A stretch of 56,847 nt of DNA, the filler included, from Asterionella formosa (lineage: Eukaryota): the NCBI GenBank assembly GCA_002256025.1. It is 6 parts of 6 records of this genome, joined end to end, with 100 filler letters (N's around TTAATTAATTAA, not from the genome) between each part and the next. Parts side by side here need not be neighbours in the genome. Positions count along the whole stretch, not along the records: positions 47,469 to 56,847 come from NKIB01010728.1; 5 more parts are not named here. One strand, 5' to 3'. The translations under genes were made by a program, and so were the position numbers. The notes under the pieces were generated by a model. It did not search any database. It had not been told where the DNA came from and saw only the letters and a program-made list of their open reading frames with translations. How positions within the stretch are numbered: position 1 is the stretch's first letter; each line of letters starts with the position of its first letter. Shown here piece by piece: positions 47,661-56,847 of the stretch.

Positions 47661-49176
47661 AATGGTGAGGTAGAACCAGAGAAATAGTTCCAGTAACTTC
47701 AGTTTTTGTCTGATTTCGGAAGAACTCTACTCATGCCCACTCAAGAAATACAAGGTCTTAACAATTTGCCTCTACCCCCAAGAGTTAGAGTGAGAGGAAA
47801 GAACAAGATCTGTGAATACATCAATGACGAAGGGCTAATTCAAATGATAACTCCTGTGATGTCTTACTGGTATATACTATACATTTCCAGACCACACAAC
47901 CAGTTCCTCCGATTTGTTGTTGATGCTAGAGATTCAAATTGGTTTCCTCGCTGGACTCGACCTGATGCAACAGGAAGGGCATCATCACCCCTTGAACTTA
48001 TGGTTTTAGGAGCATTCAGGTACCTTGGTGGGAGAGGATGGACTTTTGATGACATTGAGGAGAATACTGGTATCAGTCAAGAGACCCACAGGCAATTCTT
48101 CCACGCCTTTATTGAAGTTGGAAGTACCATCCTTTACAAAAAAATATGTTAGAACTTCAACAAACCCATTGGAAGCAGAGCATCACATGTTTGAAATGAC
48201 ACAGGCAGGTTTCCTTGGATGTCTTGGGTCCACAGATGCTACACATGTGTCAATAGAGCGATGCTTCAATTGGCTTCGGAACCAGCATATATCATCAAAA
48301 CTTCCTTGTACAGCCAGGACTTATAATGCTACTGTGAATCATCGCCGGAGGATCCTGTCTAGTACCACAGGGCATCCTTGTCGATGAAATGATAAAACAT
48401 TAATCAACTTTGATACTTTTGCTCGAGGCATCCAGAATGGAGCAGATGCCTTGAAAGATGTGGAGTTTGAGCTTAAAGAAAAAGATCGGAATGGAGAAGT
48501 TGTATCCATAAAGTATAGTGGATGCTTTTTGATAGTAATAGTTGACAATGGATATCTAAAGTGGTCTACAACAGTGCCTCCAACCAAAAACCCAGAAACT
48601 GAACAAGAACTTAAATGGTCTGAATTGCTGGAGTCATTTAGAAAAGATGTGGAATGTACCTTTGGAATACTCAAGGGACGAAAAATCAGGCATCCAAATA
48701 CACGGAGTAACAGAACCTGACAAGGTCTGGCTGACATGTTGCGCATTTCATAACATGCTACTTGATATTGATGGCTTAGACCTGCAATGGAAAAATGGTG
48801 TTTTAAGTGACTAGGAAGAAGGACCATTAGGCCAATTAAATGGAGCTTAAGCACCTTTCGCTATTCAAAGGCTAAATGCAGTTGCAAGACCGGCAGTACT
48901 TGGATTAGCCAGCTTGCGAACAATTGATACCTCTGGAATGGGTCCTGGTAATGATGGTGATGGACAAATTCCTTATGCAATTCGCAATTTAGTGCCGGAT
49001 CCAAATGACAACTTCAATATTGAAGTGCTAACAAAGAATGTTGATACAGTTTGAGTGGTCTGGCATTTAAGTTTACAGTTGTTCTTCAAGAGTAAACCAT
49101 TGAACATTTTGATATTTTATGGAAACAAAACAAGATTGTTTGGCAATCACGTTGTAATGTAAATGATCATCCCTAA
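47661..49176 (+). pseudogene. PIF/Harbinger DDE transposase pseudogene
   Basis: LELMVLGAFRYLG.GWTFDD..TGISQETHR, GFLGCLGSTDATH, VDNGY, RKDVECTFGILKGR, TCCAFHNMLL. Several stops and frameshifts. Confidence 0.9.
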
Positions 49177-49272
49177 ACCATAAAATTATCTATTTAGAAA
49201 CTAAAAGAAAAGTAGTATGAGCATAAACTAAATTAGATTACTGGGCACCAACATCTGTGAATAAAATGTCCG

Positions 49273-49812
49273 CATTCCCGTCATCCCCTTGTTTCAATAC
49301 CCGGTCGGAAAATGACGTGGCTACTGTGAAACCATACCGATTCCTACGTTAGTACTGTTTGCCCTACCAGCATTCCCGTCATCCCCTTGTTTCAATACCC
49401 GGTCGGAACATGACATGGCTACTGTGAAGCCATACCTATTTCTACATGAGTACTGTGAAACTGTAGGTTTGCCCTACCAGCATTCCCTTCTTCCCCTTGT
49501 TTCAATACCCGGTCGGAACATGATGTGGCTACTGTGAAACTGTACAATACTACGTTAGTACTGTGAGACTGGCTGTAGGTTTGCCCTACCAGCATTCCCT
49601 TCTTCCTCTTGTTTCAACACCCGGTCGGAACATGACGTGGCTACTGTGAAACTGTACCTATTGCTACGTTAGTACTGTGAGACTGTAGGTTTGCCCTACC
49701 AGCATTCCCTTCTTCCCCTTGTTTCAATACCCGGTCGGAACATGACGCTGGTACTAAGAAACTATACCTATTACTACGCTGGTACTATGAAACTGTAGCT
49801 TTGCACTACCAA
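49273..49812 (-). repeat. Tandem repeat, 5 units of 98-112 bp, with exon plus intron-like structure on the minus strand
   Basis: Unit starts at 49273, 49371, 49481, 49593, 49703. Constant 54-nt block plus a variable GT...AG block. Confidence 0.9.
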
Positions 49813-50214
49813 TCTAATGTATATTACTGAGTATGTTGGTGCTGCATTGCTTCCGATCCAGCACTCGCCCACTGTGTAATCCTTTGTTGACAGACCATTA
49901 TCCCTTTCTGCTTCCTTGTTTCTCTTGACATTCGCATGCTATCGATAGTGCAATATATCATTTGTTATCTGGGCGGAATGGCAAATGTTCCGAGTGCTAC
50001 AAGGAATGGAACGATCTTGGTTGTGAAGGGGATACCAATTGCAGATTTTTCAATCAGGTAAAACCTGTTTCTATGGCGTATTTCATGTCTGTTCAAGAGA
50101 CAACGGAAAAGTAAGGAACGACTCTTACTGGTTAGATACTTTGATCATGATGACAAAGGCAAGGAGACGAGGCTAGATGACAGTGTCCTTGATTTTGTTC
50201 TCATCAAATTCTAT

Positions 50215-51180
50215 GTGGTCCTAGAGTCTGGCTTGTTTAACAAAACATCATTTGGAACTTCAAGAAAATTTCGGAATCATATAGGACCAGCGATGATTTT
50301 ATGGAAAACTCACTTTCCTCAAGATTTTAGACTACATCAGAAAGACAACAATATGCCGCCAAATGCAGCAGAGATAGAAGGCTTCCTATGTTTCATCACT
50401 GATTCATTATGGCTAATCAAAACAGTTCTGAGAACAGATAACTTCCTTTATGTTATCGACGTAATTGAACAAGAACGTGTGTTTTTCCTCAATCTATCTT
50501 TCCTTCCAGATGAGTTTTTTGGAACAGAAGAAAAAGACGATCCATTTTTACATGTGGCAAAATCTTTTTGTACTTCCAAGAAAATCTATCACCCTCCTAT
50601 TCGTTTGTTGAAACAAACATTCAAAACAACTGCAAAATACAAAGAACTTGCAAATACTATGGAAGGAAAAGCCATGCAAGTGTTTCCTTTCAAGAATTAT
50701 ACTGACAGCTTAAAATATTCAAAGCTGGATCTGCCAAAGAATGTAAAACCATTTTGGCTTATGACAAAGTCCTTGTTACTACCAGGTTACAATGATGTCT
50801 CCAGCAATAATGACAGAGTTATACCGCACACTGCCACTATGTTGTTCACCAATTCTGGAAAGAATGGCTACCCAAAACCTCAGAAACCACAACAAGATTA
50901 TACACCAACAGAATGCGAAAGGGAAACACCTATGCCTTGGGGAATGATAATGTCGTTGTCTTTAGGAGGGAACTGCTTAAATGTATGGGATAACTGTGCA
51001 GGTGAGAAACATGCAATACATTTGTCCATACCATTCAAATTCATCTTTCTCATGTGTGGAGATATAGTCCATGGAGGAGCCTTGGATAATAGTTTAAAAA
51101 ATGGTGCTCTACGGATTCATTTCTATTTATCGCCAGCTATAAAACAAAGAAATGGACACACTGTCGCTGAACTGAAATGA
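50215..51180 (+). CDS. Hypothetical ORF with C-terminal 2OG-Fe(II)/cupin-like beta-helix features, probably a TE-associated relic
   Basis: 321 open codons. PQ(Q)DY..PWGMIMSLSLGG..LNVWD..LSIP..FLMCGDIVHGG..GALRIHFY. No clear ATG start and stops upstream. Confidence 0.45.
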   Translation: MVLESGLFNKTSFGTSRKFRNHIGPAMILWKTHFPQDFRLHQKDNNMPPNAAEIEGFLCFITDSLWLIKTVLRTDNFLYVIDVIEQERVFFLNLSFLPDEFFGTEEKDDPFLHVAKSFCTSKKIYHPPIRLLKQTFKTTAKYKELANTMEGKAMQVFPFKNYTDSLKYSKLDLPKNVKPFWLMTKSLLLPGYNDVSSNNDRVIPHTATMLFTNSGKNGYPKPQKPQQDYTPTECERETPMPWGMIMSLSLGGNCLNVWDNCAGEKHAIHLSIPFKFIFLMCGDIVHGGALDNSLKNGALRIHFYLSPAIKQRNGHTVAELK

Positions 51181-51232
51181 CAAGATAACAACATACACAC
51201 TGATGGATCAATATGCGGTCGTAATCAGAAAT

Positions 51233-52785
51233 TTTCGTCATTCATAAAGCCAGATTTTAACCCTGGAGGCGGATATCAATGGACAACACTGACAGTGATC
51301 TTTGACGTCAAACAAGATCTACGGCGCAAGGCAAGACTTGTGGCTGGCGGATATCTAGTTGACGCACTTGACAACAATATTTACTCTTCAACTGTGAGAG
51401 GCATAAGTGTTAGAATGCTACATGTGATTGCACACAAGCAGAACTTGAAGCTGCTTTGTGGCGATGTTGGAAATGCTTACGTCAATGCATACACTAATGA
51501 GCTAGTATACTCCCGTGCTGGACCAGAATTTGGAGAGGAGTTGAGGGGATCAATCATTCTCATCCGAAAAGCACTATATGGTTTGAGATCAAGCTCTGAG
51601 CGTTGGTTGGCGCATTTTGCGGACCCGATCCGGGGAATGGGGTTCCAGCCAACTAGGTACAACAAAGATGTGTGGTACAAGATGAGCAATGATACTTCAC
51701 ACTATGAATATATCTGCACCCAATCAGATGACTTCATGATAGTGTCAAAAACTCCTGAAGTAATTATGGAAGGACTCAAGCAGGTCTATATGATCAAGTC
51801 TGAAGGTCCTCCAGAATATTACCTTGGGAACGACTTCAAGAAGGACAAGAAGGGCAGGTGGTGTTTTGGATGCAAGAAATACATACAAGAGTCGATTGCA
51901 AGAATTGAGGTGATGTTTGGTGTGCAACCCAAAAGTACAATTCCAATGAGTGCAAATGATCATCCAGAACTAGATGACACCACACTACTTAGTGATGACG
52001 AACATCGAAAGTTTCAGATGTTAATTGGCATGTTGAATTGGGTAGTAACAATTGGGAGATTTGATGTCGCACACGCCACAATGTCATTGTCAAGATTCTC
52101 TGCATGTCCAAGAAAAGGACACCTTGAGCGGGTATTGAAAGTGTTTGGCTACCTTAAGAGGAGGCCAAATAGGCGAATTGTTGTGGATTCTAGGTCTCCT
52201 GACTTCTCAGGATTTGAGGAAGATTTTTCTAAAGACTACGCAAGTATTCTTGGTGAAGACTACCCTGAAGCATCTGAGGAGGTTGACTGCAACGTACCAA
52301 AGCCATTGGTCGATGAGTTGGACATAACTGTGTTTGTTGACTCAGATCATGCCCATGACAAGATCACACACCGGTCAGTGACCGGTTTGATTATATTTTT
52401 TGGAAGAACACCTGTATTCTTTATGAGTAGGCGACAAGGAGCAGTGGAGACATCAACATACGGCGCTGAGTTTTGTGCTATGCACATTGCAGTTGAAGAA
52501 ACCATAGCTATTCGTTATATGCTATGCTCAATGGTAGTGTGGGTGGCTCATGCCTCATACCTGTTCGGTGACAACCTTGAGGTAGTTCAGAATGTTTCTA
52601 TCAAGGATAGTTTGTTGAAGAAGAAACATGTTGCCATCTCATATTACAAGGTGAGGGAGGCGGCGGCATGCGGAATTGTACATCCAGTCAAGATTGATGG
52701 AAGGTATAATTTTGCAGATGTGCTCACCAAGGCCCAGACTAACAAGGTGTTTGCCATGTTAGTTGGGGAGGTGATGCATGGATAG
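51233..52785 (+). mobile_element. Ty1/copia reverse transcriptase and RNase H, 5'-truncated
   Basis: IFDVKQDLRRKARLVAGG, DVGNAYVNA, KALYGLRSS, QSDDF (degenerate YVDD), FVDSDHA, ETSTYGAEF, NFADVLTK. Confidence 0.93.
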
Positions 52786-52865
52786 GGATTAGGGATTTGC
52801 ATATTCTATGCAAGTATTATTCTATTATGGTCAATCAAACTATTGGGTTATTGATTCAAGAGGAG

Positions 52866-53115
52866 TGATAAATACGGGAATGAGATTGCTCGGGTTCTCC
52901 GGGGAATTGGTGACTTACCGCTTACCACACCAACTGATGAATCAGATATCCATAGTACTTGATGGGTACTGGTACAACGTGGTTGTACCATCTACGTAGA
53001 TACATACTAGCCTAGTAAAAAGTACTGCTGGAATGGCCTCAAGTCACAACTTGTTGGACCTACCATTACAGCAGGGCACTAACAGGCCAATTCGTCTTTA
53101 GATAGCATCTTATCA
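52866..53115 (+). repeat. Single central LTR (250 bp), TGATAA...TTATCA
   Basis: Preceded by PPT AAGAGGAG and followed by PBS-like GATTATGAGACC. 6-bp terminal inverted repeat. Confidence 0.85.
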
Positions 53116-53127
53116 GATTATGAGACC
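53116..53127 (+). promoter_or_regulatory. Primer-binding site complementary to the tRNA-Met anticodon arm
   Basis: GATTATGAGACC is the reverse complement of GGTCTCATAATC (CAT anticodon loop) and abuts the LTR end. Confidence 0.65.
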
Positions 53128-53171
53128 GAGTCTACTAGTTCATGAACCGACGAAGAGTGACTAGTAGAACC

Positions 53172-56017
53172 ATGGATCCGAAAGTGGTGGAATTGTCTGG
53201 AATGACTCAACATGAGTTGGAAACACTCGCAAACGCTGGTCTGACAAATACAGACAACCTTTCCGTCCTCGAAGAAGCGGACATCGTCCAGTTACTTCCC
53301 AACTCTTCTATCCTGCTTAGGCGCAAGTTGGCAAGACTTGGGACATTTCTCGCAAGAGGACATGTCGTAAACGTCCAAACAACTATGTAGAATGTCATGG
53401 TGACACTAAGCATGCCCATGGCCACTACGGCACAAGCAGTGGTACCAGCAGTACCAGCCATGCCTCTTTACCCTACGCGTGGGGCCCCGAAAATATATGT
53501 TGATGCACTCAAGGATTTTTCCGGGGATCCAATTGACTGGGAGGAATGGTACATTGGTACAGGTGCAACACTTGGCCAGACGGCTTATGCAACATTTTTG
53601 ACTGATACAGACAAGCCAGTACAACCTGATACAGTAGGTATGGCATGTGACTGTGAATTATACAACATGCCGAAGAAAGCACTGTATAAGGGGACTGCAC
53701 CACATCATATAATTGATGCAAATGTGCTCCAGAGTGGACATGCTGCCTGGACTGGATTAAAGATGTGGTATGGAAAAGCAGAAGTATCAAGGACCCTTAT
53801 TGATCACTACAGGAATCAACTCAATGAGTTAGAACTTTCCAATAAGGTGAAAGCTAATGAGTACATAAACACGTTCATTCTCTGCAGTCGAAAGTTGGAA
53901 GAGAAACATGAAGGCTACACTGAAGCAACAAAGCGGACTAAATTCCTTGATCAAATTGAGGACGAAGACTATGATGTTTGCATTCAGAACCTTCGTGGTG
54001 ACACCAACAAGACTTTTGATGAGTGTGTTCAACGTATTCGGAGCAGAGAACAGGAATTGGAAAGATTCTCACGAGAGAGTTCCACCAAGGCAAGGCGTGC
54101 AACAACTTTTACAAGTAAAGGTGGAGCCACACCTAAATCATCTAAAGACAACCAAATTCCTTTCCTCCCCACACCTACTCAATACAATTAAATCCAATTC
54201 TATCAAGAAAGATCTATTTAGGTGGAGAAGTGTCTGGAATAATGAAGGAAGGGCAATTCGTGTCGATGAGTTGACTGGCGCCAATGGAGATGCCAAGAAA
54301 TTCGACAACTCAGTCGAATCTGACAAGGGATGCCACTCCAAGAACAAGCCAAAGACAAGAAAGCGCAAGAAGAAGGCTAGAAGGACAAAGACCTCAACTT
54401 CTGGATTATGCGATATGGCTAAACCTCATGTAAAAATCAAGGACTCTGATGACAAAGACAGTGAGGATGATGGAGATGATAGTGACCAGGAAATAAATCC
54501 TACAACAAGTACCCAAAAGAAGAAATCTAAGAAGGAGCCTCCCAGGAAAAAGAAAAAGGGACGTCACAACCCAGTACTCCGACGTGGACGCATTCCGGGG
54601 GAAGCAGCAAGGGCTGTGCTTGATGGAGGAACTGAATTTGAGGTCATTGGCGGAGTCGGATGGAGAGTTCTGGAAAAAGTGAGTCAATGCAGTCACTGCT
54701 TATGAACATCCAGAAACAAAAGAAACCTATTTACTTGGGTTGGGGGGAGCAGCCTTTGATGAAAGACCAGAACAAACAGAAGCGCTGATCAACACTCATG
54801 TGATGAGGCATAATAATGTTATTGTTCATGACATTTCTGAACGGGATGGCGGTTTGCAATGCATTGAGGTCGACAACATTCAGATTAAACTATTGTTCAC
54901 TGATGATGAAAAACTTCTTACATTCAATGTTCGCCTACCTACAATCGAAGAAGCAAACTCCCACACAATTCATTAGTTGACACCACAAATTCCCAGCAAC
55001 TCATCTGAGTTGTTGAAACGGTCATCTAGGAGGGGACGCGGAAGCATTGTTGAAGAGGAGCCAACTCTATGGGAGAAACGTCTTGGAAATTCAACTGAGA
55101 TTGTAACCAAGAAGACACTTGAAGCAACAACACAGCTCTGCACCCAGGCAGTTGAAATGGAGAATAGAGAAGCACCTAGACAGCATCAAAAGAAGCGTCT
55201 AATTCCTCTTCATCCTAATCGACTCGATGGCAGGACAGATTTGGATATGTTTTTCTCATCTATCAAGTCTATCCGGAACTACTCATGTGTGCAACTCTTC
55301 ATTCATATTCCATCGCAATTTCTGTTTGCACGTTGTATGTTTAGAGAGGCACATTCACATGGAGCATACCAGGATTTTGTATGGGAGGTTGGAGCTCCCA
55401 ACATTTTGTTGACTGATAACTCTCAAACTCAGTCTAGCACATTGTGGACTAAAACAAGCCGGGAAAACATCACAAAACAAATCCATTCTGTCCCACACAA
55501 CCAAAACCAGAACCAGGCAGAGCTCAAGATCCGGGACATTAAATCTCGAACTATTTTATCTCTATTACGCTTGGCAAAAGCTCCACTGACATTCTGGTGC
55601 TATTGCATGATGTGGGTTATTAATTGCCTAAATCATTCAGCACATAAGGGACTGGATTGGAGGAATCCCATTGAGAAACTTTACGGAAGAACTCCAGACA
55701 TTTCTGTGTTTCGATTTTCCTTCTGGCAAGCAATCTATTACTATGAGCCAACAGCCAAGTACCCCAACCCAAACTTTCTTCTAGGAAGGTTTGTTGGTAT
55801 CGCATGGAACCATGGAGATGCATTCACTTATCGCATTTGGACATGTCCTGATGGTAATTGGGAAAAAGGTGTTGAACTCATTCGTAATATTGTTCGACCA
55901 CGAAAGGAAACTTCAGCTGAGCCTTACAGTGATGAGGTACCTTATGGTGACCTTACGCTCAAGTCCAGAATAACAAAAATGAAGGATCGTAAACGCAAAA
56001 GGAACGTCTGCAAATAA
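53172..56017 (+). mobile_element. Ty1/copia gag-protease-integrase, degenerate and 3'-truncated
   Basis: gag FSGDPIDWEEW..SGHAAW..WYG; protease-like AVLDGGTE; integrase VGAPNILLTDNSQ..PHNQNQNQAE..FWCY..TPDISVFRF. Stops and frameshifts. Confidence 0.9.
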
Positions 56018-56847
56018 AAACCATCATATTTCCATGATGCATCATAGGATTATGATCATCTGATCATAATTTTTCGTTATATCATCTAATAATTGTGATA
56101 AATGCCCTCGTAATTTAAATAGTAACCCTTTTGACTAAATATATTTAATTATTATTTGTATTGTTTCTATTTGATTCCTGTATTGGAATTTCTTGGTAGG
56201 ATAATGTAACAGTTCAAGTAATGTAATTTGGCTCGTCATTTCCATCCGCCCCTCATCACTCCGATTTTTGCAACAACAACGAAATACTAGCGATGACAAG
56301 CAGAATGAATGTTTGCGATAACGTCTTCAATTTGTTGGTCAAGTGATCATTATATCTTCGAGTAATCGTCATGTGCAGTGAACCTTTGTTCATAATCATT
56401 CAATTAAGAGTTTACAGGAGAGAAGAAACCATTCGAACTTGTAATGTTTCCGCACACAGCGCACAAAGTATATCCGTTTCGTCCACTTCAGCATGACAAT
56501 CTCGCCAATCAACCCATAAACAAACACATTCTACTTGTTCTCGTTGAAATTTTCAATTCTCACATGATACTACATCTACTATTGAGATTCAGCATAGAAG
56601 GAGATACGAAAATGTGCGTAACAGACTACTGTCCACATAGCTATAGTTATAGAATGATTCTGATTGGAATGTATTTCATTTTCATATCGCTCGCTCGTTT
56701 CTGCATTTGGCATACTGTACTTGAATTAACTATTGAACTTGTCCGCATCTTTGATACCATCAAGAGAGCGAAAGCAAGTGGCTCTTTTCATTGTTGTTTG
56801 CTCGTAGGAAGAATTTGATATCTGTATCGTCATTTGCTTGTTGGAAT

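Noticed and set aside
49273..49812. CRISPR-like array
   Set aside because: The variable parts are homologous to each other rather than unique spacers, there are no cas genes, and the context is eukaryotic.
56020..56847. Possible other end or second ORF of the Harbinger element
   Set aside because: The ATCAT-rich composition resembles 47469-47600, but I could not align a TIR or recognise a protein.

Overview
Eukaryotic nuclear DNA, almost certainly from a diatom: short GT-AG introns, an exact ASAFAP plastid-targeting motif and diatom-type Ty1/copia elements. The window is not one locus. It is six unrelated ~9.4 kb scaffolds joined by artificial 100-nt N44-TTAATTAATTAA-N44 spacers, so neighbourhood across spacers is meaningless. 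Host genes: a secreted Cys/Pro-rich protein, BCKDH E1-beta, two prolyl-4-hydroxylase-like dioxygenases, a PH/EDR2-C protein, a UBZ-like Zn-finger protein, a sulfotransferase, a serine carboxypeptidase S10, PDCD5, the 3' end of eIF1A and several hypotheticals. These are interspersed with decayed, nested mobile elements: copia, Kolobok, PIF/Harbinger, a Crypton-like and a second tyrosine recombinase, and TA-targeting pogo/Tc1-like elements with their MITEs. Most notable observations: (1) a copia 5' LTR whose primer-binding site is perfectly complementary to a sequence inside its own LTR, a Tf1-like self-priming geometry; (2) widespread TA-CC(N)GG-TA arrays that match predicted excision footprints of the resident CC...GG transposons; (3) a Kolobok element with an in-frame loss of the catalytic core and a 30-bp 3' hairpin whose arms are invariant between diverged copies; (4) a 110-bp tandem repeat in which each unit reads as a 54-nt exon plus a mini-intron; (5) a permuted RT-LTR-gag-INT copia beside a dioxygenase-like ORF and a Harbinger relic. 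All family assignments come from motif recognition by eye, not database searches.
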